A stretch of 64,000 bases of DNA from an uncultured Candidatus Binatia bacterium (lineage in GTDB: Bacteria; Desulfobacterota; Binatia; UBA9968; JAJDTQ01), in assembly GCA_964291295.2 (NCBI GenBank), contig OZ219754.1, positions 864,001 to 928,000 on the forward strand, written 5' to 3'. This document shows, one piece after another, positions 9,923 to 21,860 of this stretch; the stretch's first letter is position 1; each line of letters begins with the position of its first letter. The position numbers were made by a program, and so were the translations under genes. Under the pieces are notes generated by a model. It was not told the DNA's origin and did not search any database. It was given only the letters and a program-made list of their open reading frames with translations.

Positions 9923-11757
9923 AAAGGAGGAGGACATTGATGTACAGGATGATGTACGGGAATGTGGCGACGGTCTTGTGCGCGGTGGTGCTGGCCATGG
10001 GTCTTGCGGCATGCGGCGGCAGCAGCAACAACCGGACCCCGGACACTCCTACCCCCCCCCCCCCCCCGCTGACGGAAGTTGAGACGATCCTGAAGGAGGC
10101 TCGGACGGCGGCCATGACGGCATCCGGCAAGGCCATGACGGCGTCAGACAACGCCGGGACGTCGGCCGATGAGGCGGAAACGGCGACCATGGGTCTGGTG
10201 TTCCACCCTGTTCCCAAGAGGGAGATAACGGCGAAGAGCTACGCGGAGGAGGCCCGGACCGCGGCCAACATGGCGAAGGCCGAGTACGACAAGGCCAAGA
10301 TGGAGTCGGACAAGGCCGCGGCCACGAGCGACGTGCGTGCGGCCGCCAAGGCCAAAGTCGCAGCCGAGGCGGCTCAGGCGAAGGCCGAGGCTCAGGCGGC
10401 GACAGCCGCCGAAAAGGCGAAGATGGCGAAGGAAGCTGCGGCCAGGGAGGTCCGGCATGTCGAGGGAATGACCTACGAGTACGGCGGCACGCGCATCACC
10501 GCCGATGCCCCCAAGGTCACCGTCAAGACCGGGGGCAAGACGGTGGAGAGCGGCAAGGCCGGGGACATCTCAGACGATTCAACTCGTTATTCAAAGGCCC
10601 CCGTCGCCTACGTGGCGGCAACGGATACCAAGCCGGAGGTGGCTGCCCGGACGGGATTCTATGGTCGCCTAATCAAGATCGGTTCCTACACCGACTCGGA
10701 GCAGGTCGGTTCCAGCATCGACTCGGAGGAGCTGGGTTCCACCACCGAATCGGAGCAGTTCCGTCTCTGGCTGGTGGACAAATATATCACCAACACCAAG
10801 GCGGTGAAGGCCTACCGCAAGGACAGCGGCACTAACGGCGCCGAGTTCACGGCCCCGGTCACGGCAGAAAATCCGTTCGGCTCGCGCACCGTTGACAGCA
10901 AGACCTACAAGATCATGCGGGCGGAGGGGGAGTTCTATCGTGTCGACACCGAGGAGCATACGAAATTCGACAAGACGAATGCCAATGACTGGATCAATGT
11001 GACGCACACGGACGCGAACGCGGGCGTGGGGGTCTACTACTACACGGATAGCAGCGGGAAAAAGGTCTATCTTCTGAGCACCGGAGCCGAGGGTGCCACG
11101 GGACTCAAGTACCGTCCGTTGCTCGTCTACGATGTGCCGGATTTCCCGGAGGCGAAGCCCTACGAGCACATGAACTTCGGCATGTGGACCAAGAAGTCAA
11201 ATCGGACCCACCTTGGCATCGCATTCGTCCAGGCGCTGCCGGGCAAGGGGCCGACCCCGACCGCCAACATGCCAAGCTTCGGCACCGCCACCTACGAGGG
11301 CCATGCATATTATCAAATCCGCGCCAAGAACAACGCTCGAACCGTCGGCGGTTTTGCTGGAAACGCAACTACAACGGTGGATTTCGAGGAAAGCACCATC
11401 AAGACGGAAATGCACATAGTGTCTATCTATCCGAATAGGGCCAAACTTGTCCACGGACATCTCATCCCTTTCGCCACACTCCACGGCACCATCGACGGGA
11501 ACCGGTTCTCGGGCAGTAAAGTGACCAATGTCAACACCGTGAACGCCGTTCCCGGCGGATTCGCAAATACCGTCGAACAACTTCGTGGCATTTTGAATTT
11601 GACCCCGAGCGAAGACGGCAGCCTGTATGAGGTGAGGGAGTACAGCGGCCATTTCTTCGGACCGAACGGCGAAGAGGTGGGCGGCGTGTTCGACGTCACG
11701 TCCAAGGACAAGAAGAGCGGCGAGTTTCGCGGCTCCTTCGGTGGCCGCAGGGAGTAA
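9919..11757 (+). CDS. Surface lipoprotein with C-terminal transferrin-binding protein B-like beta-barrel (probable Slam/T11SS cargo)
   Basis: Lipobox LAAC, Ala/Lys/Glu coiled coil, then FGMW...MPSFGTATYEG...VDF...GTIDGNRFSG...GHFFGPNGEEVGGVF...GSFGGRR. Confidence 0.8.
   Translation: MKRRRTLMYRMMYGNVATVLCAVVLAMGLAACGGSSNNRTPDTPTPPPPPLTEVETILKEARTAAMTASGKAMTASDNAGTSADEAETATMGLVFHPVPKREITAKSYAEEARTAANMAKAEYDKAKMESDKAAATSDVRAAAKAKVAAEAAQAKAEAQAATAAEKAKMAKEAAAREVRHVEGMTYEYGGTRITADAPKVTVKTGGKTVESGKAGDISDDSTRYSKAPVAYVAATDTKPEVAARTGFYGRLIKIGSYTDSEQVGSSIDSEELGSTTESEQFRLWLVDKYITNTKAVKAYRKDSGTNGAEFTAPVTAENPFGSRTVDSKTYKIMRAEGEFYRVDTEEHTKFDKTNANDWINVTHTDANAGVGVYYYTDSSGKKVYLLSTGAEGATGLKYRPLLVYDVPDFPEAKPYEHMNFGMWTKKSNRTHLGIAFVQALPGKGPTPTANMPSFGTATYEGHAYYQIRAKNNARTVGGFAGNATTTVDFEESTIKTEMHIVSIYPNRAKLVHGHLIPFATLHGTIDGNRFSGSKVTNVNTVNAVPGGFANTVEQLRGILNLTPSEDGSLYEVREYSGHFFGPNGEEVGGVFDVTSKDKKSGEFRGSFGGRRE
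10052..10067 (+). repeat. C16 homopolymer in the lipoprotein linker (TPPPPP)
   Basis: accccccccc cccccccg, 16 consecutive C. Confidence 0.9.
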
Positions 11758-11791
11758 CAGGCCGCCGTCATCGGCAGTGGTTCACCGAGCG

Positions 11792-11832
11792 GGGCGCCCG
11801 ATCCATCTCCGGGTCGGGCGCCCTTTTCTTTT
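11792..11832 (+). terminator. Intrinsic terminator after the lipoprotein gene
   Basis: GGGCGCCCGA, loop, TCGGGCGCCC, followed by TTTTCTTTT. Confidence 0.8.
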
Positions 11833-11949
11833 CTCGAACGCTGACGGGGGGCCGCGATGCGGGGCGGCGGTGAGCAGGCGCGGTGCCGGGCGATGCTGCG
11901 CACGGAGGGCGGAGCCTCCGGCAGCGGCGGCGGTTCGGCCCGGTAGCCC

Positions 11950-12310
11950 ATCGCTCGCGCGGCTGCGGCCAGGCGGTTCTCCGCATGGTCGAGGACGAAG
12001 CCGAGGTACCCGAGTTTCTCCGGCGACAGGAAGCGCTCGCGCGGCGTCGTATTGCACGCCGCATGTTTCCACGAGAGCCCTGCGGGCGACTATCCCGGAG
12101 TTCCGCCTGCCGCGTCATCACTGACAGCACCGGCAAGGTCCGGTTGGCGTTGCCAAGGGTTCCGCTCAGCGAGTCGAACCGACCCGCACATCGGCGCGGT
12201 CGATCTCGGCGCTGCGCATCGAACCGAAGAAGCGCACAAGTTGGCGGTGGATCAGATGGGCGTTGGCCTTCTTCGTGGACGGCTTCCAGCGCCGTCCGTC
12301 CCGAGGAAAC
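11950..12310 (-). pseudogene. Frameshifted tyrosine integrase remnant (core-binding and start of catalytic domain)
   Basis: Across shifting frames: WKPSTKKANAHLIHRQLVRFFGSMRSAEIDRADV / FDSLSGTLGNANRTLPVLSVMTRQAE / RERFLSPEKLGYLGFVLDHAE; lies beside the tRNA 3' end; boundaries approximate. Confidence 0.72.
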
Positions 12311-12465
12311 AGACAACGGCGGTTCTGAATGGACAACGCGCCCCACGCGCGGGACCGCAGCCACAGGCTGGGCCAAGCCCAGCCATCTGTCCACGCAACG
12401 GAAAACTCCCGACCGATGCAGGCCGGCCTGGCTCGCTTCGCCAGCAAGGGTGGTGGGGCAAGGGT

Positions 12466-12540
<75 letters not shown>

Positions 12541-12576
12541 TCTGAAGCTAATCCATAGGGGATGGAGAACGCGATG

Positions 12577-14318
<1,742 letters not shown>

Positions 14319-14508
14319 TTACCCCCTCGTGTTACCCCCCTGCGGTCACCCTCTTCGTAGCAGATTTTCCGCGGCGCGCCTTCCGGAGAGCGCCTGTCGT
14401 TCCCCTTCGTGCGTTCCCGTTCATGCCGCCGGACACATCGAACGGGGTTCGACGTGACGCCGGTGGTGCGGGAGGCCCGTGCGGGGATGACGCCCGGCCG
14501 GCGGCCGT

Positions 14509-15237
14509 CTACAGCCGCGTCACCATCCAGGCGGGGGTGAAGCGGAGGGCAAAGGCGTTGAGGGCGGTCATGGTGTCGGTGACCAGGAGTATGCCGACGG
14601 CCATCAGGAGCAGGCCGGCGCAGACGTGAATGACCGGCAGCCAGGAGCGGATGGCGCGGGAGAGTCTGAAGAACTGGTTCAAGGCCAGGGCGCTGAGCAG
14701 GAAGGGCAGCGCCAGGCCGGCGGCGTAGGCCGACAGCAACAGCATGCCATGGTGGACCTCGGCGGCGGTGCCGGCCAGGGTCAGGATGGCGCCCAGGATC
14801 GGCCCCACGCAGGGGATCCATGCCACCGCGAACGTGAGCCCCACCAGCACGGATCCCAGGTAGCCCGCAGGTTTGCTGCGCAGGTTGACCTGGGCGTAAC
14901 GCTCCAGGGTCGCGACCTTGAAGAGGCCGGTGAGGTAGATGCCCACCACCAGGATGAACAGGCCTCCGACCACCCGCACACCGTCCTGGTAGCGGATCAG
15001 CAGGCTTCCCAGCAGGCTGGCGGACGCTCCCAGGGCCACGAACGCGGCGGAAAAGCCGGACACGAAGGCCAGGGCGTTGCCCAGGATTCGGGCGTTTCCC
15101 GGGCGGCCCTGGCTCATTTCACGGGGCGATATGCCGGAAACGAAGGAGAGGTAGGACGGGATCAACGGCAGCACGCATGGGCTGAGAAAAGACAGGCCTC
15201 CGGAGGCGAAGGCGATGAGCAGGTTGACGTCGGCCAT
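14509..15237 (-). CDS. ccdA: Cytochrome c biogenesis protein CcdA (DsbD transmembrane family)
   Basis: LSFLSPCVLPLIPSYL and AWIPCVGPILGAIL; start placed at MADVN. Confidence 0.9.
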   Translation of the reverse strand: MADVNLLIAFASGGLSFLSPCVLPLIPSYLSFVSGISPREMSQGRPGNARILGNALAFVSGFSAAFVALGASASLLGSLLIRYQDGVRVVGGLFILVVGIYLTGLFKVATLERYAQVNLRSKPAGYLGSVLVGLTFAVAWIPCVGPILGAILTLAGTAAEVHHGMLLLSAYAAGLALPFLLSALALNQFFRLSRAIRSWLPVIHVCAGLLLMAVGILLVTDTMTALNAFALRFTPAWMVTRL

Positions 15238-15328
15238 GAAGCTTCCTGGTTCCCTTACGCCACACGCGGGCGCACAACGCAACCCGCCGCCTTTACCCGC
15301 GGTCGGGAATCGTGGATACTGGCCCTTC

Positions 15329-15943
15329 ATGCTTGAGTTCCTGAGCAAGGGCGGCCTCTTCATGGTGCCGATTCTGCTGTGCTCGGTCACGGCGCTGGCC
15401 ATCTTCGTCGAGCGGTTGTTCAGCCTGAGGCGGAAGCGGGTGGTGCCGGCCGACCTGGTGCGCAGGATCGAGGCGCTGGTTGCTGACAACGACCTGCGCG
15501 CCGCGGCGGAGTTGCTGCGACGAAGCCGCGTGGCCATCGCCAGGGTGTTGGCGGCGGGGTTGCGCGCGGCGGGGCAGCGCCGCGATGTCATCAAGGACCA
15601 TCTGGAGGAGGCGGGGCACCAGGAGGCGGCCGGGTTGGGGCGGTTCGTCGACACTCTCGGCGCCATCGCCGGCGTGAGCACGCTGCTGGGCCTTCTGGGC
15701 ACCATTTCGGGCATGATCGAGATCTTCGCGGTGATCTCCGCCCAGAGCGTGGTCAATCCGGCGACCCTGGCCGGCGGCATATCCGAGGCGCTGATCACGA
15801 CCCTGGCGGGCCTGAGCGTCGCCATTCCCACCGTCGTCATGCACCACTACCTGCTCAACAAGGCCAACGCCCTCACCCTGGAGATGGAGCGCCTCAGCAC
15901 CCGCTTCATGGAGCTGCTCGGCCCCGGCGGCCTCGCCGAGTGA
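15329..15943 (+). CDS. exbB: MotA/TolQ/ExbB proton channel family protein
   Basis: KGGLFMVPILLCSV..IFVER, LLGLLGTISGMI..F, LAGGISEALITT..GL.VAIP. Confidence 0.85.
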   Translation: MLEFLSKGGLFMVPILLCSVTALAIFVERLFSLRRKRVVPADLVRRIEALVADNDLRAAAELLRRSRVAIARVLAAGLRAAGQRRDVIKDHLEEAGHQEAAGLGRFVDTLGAIAGVSTLLGLLGTISGMIEIFAVISAQSVVNPATLAGGISEALITTLAGLSVAIPTVVMHHYLLNKANALTLEMERLSTRFMELLGPGGLAE

Positions 15944-15944
15944 G

Positions 15945-16361
15945 ATGGATTTCCGGATTCGCAGAAGCTCTGCCGGCAGGCTGCTCGACATGACGCCGGT
16001 GGTGGACACCATATTCAATCTGCTGATCTTCTTCGCCCTGTCCATGAATTTTCTGGCCAATCCCGGCATCGCCGTGGATCTGCCCGGCGCCTCGGCGCCC
16101 CGGGTGCCACCCGGGGACAACGACATCCGCATCGCCATCGCTCCATCGGGGGAAGTCCGCCTCGACGGGGCGCCGGTGACGCTGCCGGTGCTCGGGGCGA
16201 GGCTCCGCGAGATGGCGGGGCAACGCCGCCATCCGCAGGTGTTGATCCGGGCCGACCGCCGGGTCTCTCACGGAGTGGTGGTGGCGGTGATGGATGCCGC
16301 CCGGTCCGCCGGCCTGACCCGGCTTGCCATCATGACCCGGAGCGGGCCGGGGCGGGAGTAG
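15945..16361 (+). CDS. exbD: ExbD/TolR biopolymer transport protein
   Basis: DMTPVVDTIFNLLIFF, VDLP, IRADRRVSHGVVVAVMD. Confidence 0.85.
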   Translation: MDFRIRRSSAGRLLDMTPVVDTIFNLLIFFALSMNFLANPGIAVDLPGASAPRVPPGDNDIRIAIAPSGEVRLDGAPVTLPVLGARLREMAGQRRHPQVLIRADRRVSHGVVVAVMDAARSAGLTRLAIMTRSGPGRE

Positions 16362-16470
16362 AGGCGGCGGTAAGAAGGCCGGTGCTCAGGGCGGTTCGGC
16401 TGCCAGCGCGGGCCGCACCGGGGCTCAACACCGGGGAACCGGGAACCGTCCGGGCGCGTGCGCCGGGTCT

Positions 16471-18054
16471 CTACACCGGCATCAAGCCGTGTTTCTTGGC
16501 CGGGCGGGTCTCCCTTTTCCGGCGTAGCAGCGCCAGTGCGCGGGTGAGGCGGGCGCGGGTATCGGCGGGGTGGATGGCGGCTTGGGAGAACTGCCGGGAC
16601 ACGGCTTCGAAGGGGCCGTCGAAGCGTTGATCGAACTCGGCCCGCTTCTCCCGGCGGGTGCGTTCGGGGTCGTCGGAGGCGGCGATCTCCCGGCGGTAGA
16701 GCACGTTCACGGCGCCGTCGCCGCCCATCACCGCCAGTTCCGCTCCTGGCCACAGCCACAGTTGGTCGGCGCCCATCTCGCGCGTGCACATGGCCTGCTT
16801 GGCGCCGCCGTAACCTTTGCGCAGCACGATGGTGATCTTGGGCACGGTGGCCTCGGCGTAGGCGTAAAGCATTTTGGCGCCGTGCCGGATGATGCCCTGC
16901 GCTTCCTGCTGGCGGCCGGGGAAGAACCCGGGCACGTCCATCAGCGTGACGATGGGGATGTTGAAGGCGTCGCAGAAACGGATGAAGCGCGCGCCCTTGT
17001 CCGAGGCGTCCACGTCCAGGCTGCCGGCCAGGAAAAGGGGCTGGTTCGCCACGAACCCCACCGGGTAGCCGTCGAGCCGCCCGAACCCGGTCACCAGGTT
17101 GCGCGCGAACCGGCGCTTGAGTTCCAGGAATTTGCCGTCGTCCACCACCGCCCTGATCACCTTCACGATGTCGTAGGGCTTGCGTTTGTCGTCGGGGACC
17201 TGTTCCTCGATACCGTCAAGCCGCCGCTCCGGGTCGTCGCCGCTCCCCCTGCGCGGCAGCGGCGCCCTGCAGTTGTCCGGGAGGAACGCCAGCAGTTCCC
17301 GGATCTGCACCAGGCAGGTCGCGTCGTCCGCGCTCACCAAGTCCGCAACCCCGGACACCTCGGAGTGGAGGCGCGCCCCGCCCAGCTCCTCCATGGTGAC
17401 CTCTTCCCCCAGCACCTCCCGGATCACCGGCGGCCCGGTGATGAACATCTGGCTGGTGTCCCGAACCATGAGGATGAAGTCGGTCAGTGCCGGCGAGTAG
17501 GAGGACACGCCGATGCACGGCCCCAAGACCGCCGATATCTGCGGGATGGCGCCGGAAGCGATGCTGTTCTCGAAGAAGATCTCGCCGATGGCGGCGGTGA
17601 CGCCGAGCCCTTCCTGGATGCGCGCCCCCACCGAATCGTAGAGTCCGATGCAGGGCATTCCCAGGGACCGGGCGGTGCGGATGGTGTTGGCGATCTTGCT
17701 GGCGTGGGCGCTGCCCACCGAGCCCGCCAGCACCGTGCGGTCCTGGGCGAACAGGTACACCGGCCGGCCGTCGATGCGTGCGAAGCCGCATACCACGCCA
17801 TCGGTGGGCCGGCGCCGCTCGGCCATGCCGAAATCCGTGCACTGGGTCTCGGCCAGCATGAACTCTTCGGTGAAGGTGTCCGGGTCCACGAGCCGGTGGA
17901 TGCGCTCCCGGGCGGTGAGCTTGCCCTCGCCGTGCTGCTTCTCGATGGCCGCGGCGTCGCCCCGCAGAACCTGTGCCTCAAGGTCGGCCAGTCGCTGCTC
18001 CGGGCTCCTCGTGCCGGGTGTGTCCTTGTCGGGGGTCCTGGCTTCGTCGGCCAT
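16471..18054 (-). CDS. Acyl-CoA carboxyltransferase subunit (MmdA/PccB-like alpha subunit of a Na+-pumping decarboxylase)
   Basis: GKLTARERI, DGVVCG, DSVGARIQEG, MFITGP, ARFIRFCDAFNIP, DVPGF, IRHGAK, KKHGLMPV. Confidence 0.88.
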   Translation of the reverse strand: MADEARTPDKDTPGTRSPEQRLADLEAQVLRGDAAAIEKQHGEGKLTARERIHRLVDPDTFTEEFMLAETQCTDFGMAERRRPTDGVVCGFARIDGRPVYLFAQDRTVLAGSVGSAHASKIANTIRTARSLGMPCIGLYDSVGARIQEGLGVTAAIGEIFFENSIASGAIPQISAVLGPCIGVSSYSPALTDFILMVRDTSQMFITGPPVIREVLGEEVTMEELGGARLHSEVSGVADLVSADDATCLVQIRELLAFLPDNCRAPLPRRGSGDDPERRLDGIEEQVPDDKRKPYDIVKVIRAVVDDGKFLELKRRFARNLVTGFGRLDGYPVGFVANQPLFLAGSLDVDASDKGARFIRFCDAFNIPIVTLMDVPGFFPGRQQEAQGIIRHGAKMLYAYAEATVPKITIVLRKGYGGAKQAMCTREMGADQLWLWPGAELAVMGGDGAVNVLYRREIAASDDPERTRREKRAEFDQRFDGPFEAVSRQFSQAAIHPADTRARLTRALALLRRKRETRPAKKHGLMPV

Positions 18055-18106
18055 CCATGTCCCTCGAATCGCGTGATTGGGGCGCCGGCGCGGGACAGGG
18101 TCCCGG

Positions 18107-19249
18107 TCAGATGATTCCCATGCCCCGCAGCACCGAAAGCATGATGGCGGCGGCGATCACCGAGCCGATCTGGCCGCCGGCGTTGGCGCTCATGGCATGC
18201 ATCAGCAGGTGGTTCTTCTTGTTGTAGCGCTGGCCCACGTTCTGCACCACCCGCGCGGACATGGGAAAGGCCGAGATGCCGGCAGCGCCGATGAGCGGAT
18301 TGATCCTGCCCCGGCTGAGCAGGCACAGGAGCTTGCCGAAGAGCACCCCCATGACCGTGTCCAGGCCGATGGCCACGAGCCCCAGGGCCAGGACCATGAG
18401 GGTCTCGATCCTGAGGAACTGGTCCGCGGCCATGGTGCCGCCGATGGCCAGCCCCAGCAGCAGCGTCACGATGTTGGCGATCTCGTTTTCCGAGGCCAGC
18501 TTGAGCCGCTCCACCACGCCGCACTCCCGCAGCAGGTTGCCGAGCATCAACATGCCGATGAGCGGCGTCCCCAGGGGCGCGATGAGGGAGGCCACCACGG
18601 TGACGATGACGGGGAAGAGAATGCGGGTGGTCCTGGACACCGGCGCCTGCTGCACCATCCCCATGACGATCTGCTTCTCGCGGGCGGTGGTCAGCACCCG
18701 CATGATCGGCGGCTGGATCAGCGGCACCAGCGACATGTAGGAGTAGGCGGCCACCGATACCGCCCCCAGCAGGTGGGGCGCGTAGCGCGAACTCACGTAG
18801 ATGGAGGTGGGGCCGTCGCAGGCGCCGATGACGCCGATGGCCACGGCGTCGAGCTTGTTGAAGCCCAGGGCCAAGGCCAGCAGGAGCGTCAGAAAGATGC
18901 CGAACTGCCCGGCCGCCCCCAGCATGATGATCCTGGGGTTGGAGAAGAGCGGCCCGAAGTCGGTCATGGCGCCGATGCCGATGAAGATCAGCACCGGAAA
19001 GATCTCGGTGCGGATGCCGAAATCGTAGAAGAAGCGGAGCGTTCCCCCTTCGCCCATGAGCTCGGCCTGGGGAATGTTCACCAGGATGGCGCCGAACCCG
19101 ATGGGCACCAGCAGCAGCGGTTCGAACCCCTTGCGGATTCCCAGGTAGAGCAGCACCGCCGCGATGGCCATCATGACCACCTGGCCGAGTCCCAGGTGCG
19201 AAATGCCGTCAAGCAGCCCCAGGGCGCCGGAGAGAATCGCGGATTCCAT
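18107..19249 (-). CDS. Na+-translocating decarboxylase beta subunit (OadB/MmdB/GcdB)
   Basis: EPLLLVPIGFG, IFIGIGAMTDFGP, GACDGPTSIY, AAYSYMSLVPLIQPPIM, SAFPMSARV, HAMSANAGGQIGS. Confidence 0.93.
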   Translation of the reverse strand: MESAILSGALGLLDGISHLGLGQVVMMAIAAVLLYLGIRKGFEPLLLVPIGFGAILVNIPQAELMGEGGTLRFFYDFGIRTEIFPVLIFIGIGAMTDFGPLFSNPRIIMLGAAGQFGIFLTLLLALALGFNKLDAVAIGVIGACDGPTSIYVSSRYAPHLLGAVSVAAYSYMSLVPLIQPPIMRVLTTAREKQIVMGMVQQAPVSRTTRILFPVIVTVVASLIAPLGTPLIGMLMLGNLLRECGVVERLKLASENEIANIVTLLLGLAIGGTMAADQFLRIETLMVLALGLVAIGLDTVMGVLFGKLLCLLSRGRINPLIGAAGISAFPMSARVVQNVGQRYNKKNHLLMHAMSANAGGQIGSVIAAAIMLSVLRGMGII

Positions 19250-19319
19250 GCGGTTCAGTTTCCGTCATGGCCGCCAGGGTGGGAGTCCAGGCGGGGTGGG
19301 GTTCCGGAAGCGGTCGAAC

Positions 19320-19436
19320 TCACGAAGGAAAGATCTTCCTGATCAGGAGAATCAGCAGGCTCAGCAGCCACAGCACCAGCAGCGTGCCTATGCTGCCCAC
19401 CAGCGCCACCGTGAGGCCGAATTCCCAAGTGCCCAT
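19320..19436 (-). CDS. Small single-TM OadG/MmdD-like (gamma/delta) subunit, 38 aa
   Basis: MGTWEFGLTVALVGSIGTLLVLWLLSLLILLIRKIFPS*, located between the biotin carrier and beta subunit genes; below the ORF-track cutoff. Confidence 0.75.
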   Translation of the reverse strand: MGTWEFGLTVALVGSIGTLLVLWLLSLLILLIRKIFPS

Positions 19437-19469
19437 TGCCAACCGTGCGGTGTGTGCGCGGACGCGCGG

Positions 19470-19685
19470 CTACTCGATCTCGGCGAGTTCCTCCCCCGCC
19501 TCCACCGACTGCCCGACCTCGACGTTGATCGTCTTGACCGTCCCGTTGGCCGGAGCCACCACGGGAATCTCCATCTTCATGGCCTCCATCACCACGACCA
19601 CGTCGTCCTCTTCCACGGCCTGGCCGGGATTAGCCTCGATCCTCAGAATCTTGCCTACCATGGGTGCTGTGACGGAGGTTGCCAA
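19470..19685 (-). CDS. Biotin carboxyl carrier protein
   Basis: APMVGKI, EAMKMEIPV biotinylation motif; TTG start with AAGGAG RBS. Confidence 0.92.
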   Translation of the reverse strand: MATSVTAPMVGKILRIEANPGQAVEEDDVVVVMEAMKMEIPVVAPANGTVKTINVEVGQSVEAGEELAEIE

Positions 19686-20501
19686 TGGATGTTCTCCTTG
19701 CCTTGAAGTTGGTTCTGAGATGTTTGCCCTGAAACCAGCCGTGGAATTTCAGCCCTGGAATATCTCCTGAGGCTCGCTCCGAGACGTCGTCTCAAGGCTC
19801 GTGCCGAGATCAGCCCCGCGCGTTGCCCTGAGGTGTTTGTCCCCGGACTCCCGGCCCCGAACAGATCCTGGCCAACTCCTGGCCCCGCGGCAGCCCGAGT
19901 CCGGATGGCCCAAGGTTTTCCCTTTATCCAGGTTTTACGGCGGCAAGTCAAACGAGACGAGACCTCGTTCCGTTCCAGCCCGGGTTCAACCGGCCGGGGG
20001 GCGCCATCGGACCCCTGCGGCAGGGACTGCCGGCGCCCCCCGGGCAGTTGCCACGATGTGCCGGTCCGTTTCCGGCGTCGGAGCAGCGCAGGATGCCCGA
20101 TTCCCTCGATATCCCGTTATCCCGAATCCTGCGAAACCCCGGGCAGGGCCGCGTCCGGGCTTGCATTCCCGCGCGCCAATGGACACAGTCAAGGCCGGAC
20201 GTCTTCAGGACTCGTCAAGGGGTAGCGGGAAACCGTGGAAGGGACGCGGTCGGGACGGTCCTTGGCCTCCCTGCGGTCGCCGGCGTCACGACCGCCGCCG
20301 CCCGCATGCGCCCGGCGGACCCCCGAACCCGTCACGAACCCGAAGACGGCCGTTGTTTCGAATGGTTTCGAATGCCGTCAAGGCGGAATCCGCGGCTGCG
20401 GACCACTGCGCGCCGACGGGTGGCACCCCGGGATCGTGATGGACGGCCCGCCTCTGATCGACCACGAAGCCCGCGCGCGGATGAGCCGGATCAGGAGACC
20501 G

Positions 20502-21860
20502 ATGCATTTCAAGGCCGTATCGCGCACACTGACGCTGCTGTTCCTGTTCGCCGGGATATCCTCTGGCCCGGCCCAGGAGACGGCAGATCCTTTCGAGTCC
20601 CGCGAGAAGGAGGCGCTCCAGTTCATGAGGGGCCGGCAGTTCGGAGAGGCGCTGCCCATATTCCGCGATCTGGTGCGGCTGCGACCGGACCGCAGGGATC
20701 TGCAATTTCTCAGGGGAATGGCGGCCTTGCAGCATTCGCTGCAAGGGGAGATGGGGCTGGCCGACCGCGAAGCTCTTGTCGATGAAGCCATAGCGACCTT
20801 TCGGGCGATGCTCATTGAACAGCCGGGCCTGGTGCGCGTGCGCCTGGAGTTGGCCCGGGCCTTCTTCTACAAAGGTGAGGACGGCCTGTCGCAGGATCAC
20901 TTCGAGCGTGTGCTGGCGGGCAACCCGCCGGCGCCGGTGGTGGCCAATGTGAGGCGGTTCCTTGCCCTCATTCGCGCACGTCGCCGCTGGAACATGCATC
21001 TGGGCTTCGCGTTGGCGCCGGACACCAATATCGGGGGCGGCTCGGACAAGCGGTACATCTACATCGGGGGGCTGCGGTTCCGCAGGAACGAGGAATCGTT
21101 GACCAAGTCGGGCATCGGTCTGTCGGTCTGGGGTGGCGGAGAATACCAGCATCCGCTGGGTGAGCGCGTGCGGCTCCGCCTCGGCATGGACGCATCGCGG
21201 CGGGAGTATTCGGGGTCGAAATTCGACAGCATGCTGGTGTCCTTGTACTTGGGTCCGAGGACCCTGATGAGCCCGAATACGGAGTTCAGCGTCCTGGGCA
21301 ACTGGCGCCATCGGTGGAGCGCCAAAGACTCCGAATATTTCGACTTGGGCGGGCAACTCGCGGTGGCACACCGGTTGACCCGGCGGGTTGTGGTCAGCGG
21401 ACGGGCATCGCGGCATGAGCGCCGGTACCACACGGACAAGGCACTCGACGGACCTGTGCAGGATTTCTCACTGAGCGCCAGCTGGGTGCTCACGCCCACC
21501 ATGCGCCTCGATGCCACCACCGGATACGGGTATAACCGGCCCGACACACGGAGACACCGAAACAGGAGTATCCTGCTGCAGACGAGGTTGTCCGTAGCCT
21601 TGCCGAAGGGCTTCACCGTGGGGGGAGGCGGGGGCGTTCGCTGGACGGCTTACCAGGGCGACTGGTTCCCGCACACGCCCAGCGGCATTTCCCGCGACGA
21701 CAGGACCTACAACCTGCGAGCGTCGGTGCACAACCGCGCCCTCACCTTCTTCGGGTTCAGCCCGGAGGTGTCGTTGATACACGAGGTGCGCAAGACCAAC
21801 GCACAGCTCTACGACTACAAGAGGACCGGCGGAGAGTTGCGGGTGGTGCGGCAGTTCTAG
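20502..21860 (+). CDS. Surface lipoprotein assembly modulator (Slam/DUF560, type 11 secretion translocon)
   Basis: Signal peptide, TPR region with VRLELARAFF and NVRRFL, then barrel from WNMHLGFALAPDTNI to LYDYKR...VRQF with terminal Phe; RBS CAGGAG before ATG 20502. Confidence 0.82.
   Translation: MHFKAVSRTLTLLFLFAGISSGPAQETADPFESREKEALQFMRGRQFGEALPIFRDLVRLRPDRRDLQFLRGMAALQHSLQGEMGLADREALVDEAIATFRAMLIEQPGLVRVRLELARAFFYKGEDGLSQDHFERVLAGNPPAPVVANVRRFLALIRARRRWNMHLGFALAPDTNIGGGSDKRYIYIGGLRFRRNEESLTKSGIGLSVWGGGEYQHPLGERVRLRLGMDASRREYSGSKFDSMLVSLYLGPRTLMSPNTEFSVLGNWRHRWSAKDSEYFDLGGQLAVAHRLTRRVVVSGRASRHERRYHTDKALDGPVQDFSLSASWVLTPTMRLDATTGYGYNRPDTRRHRNRSILLQTRLSVALPKGFTVGGGGGVRWTAYQGDWFPHTPSGISRDDRTYNLRASVHNRALTFFGFSPEVSLIHEVRKTNAQLYDYKRTGGELRVVRQF

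Noticed and set aside
19700-19890. Tandem glycine riboswitch
   Set aside because: CTCAGG-like ends are present but the conserved GGAGA/CCGAAG core is missing; kept only as an unassigned motif
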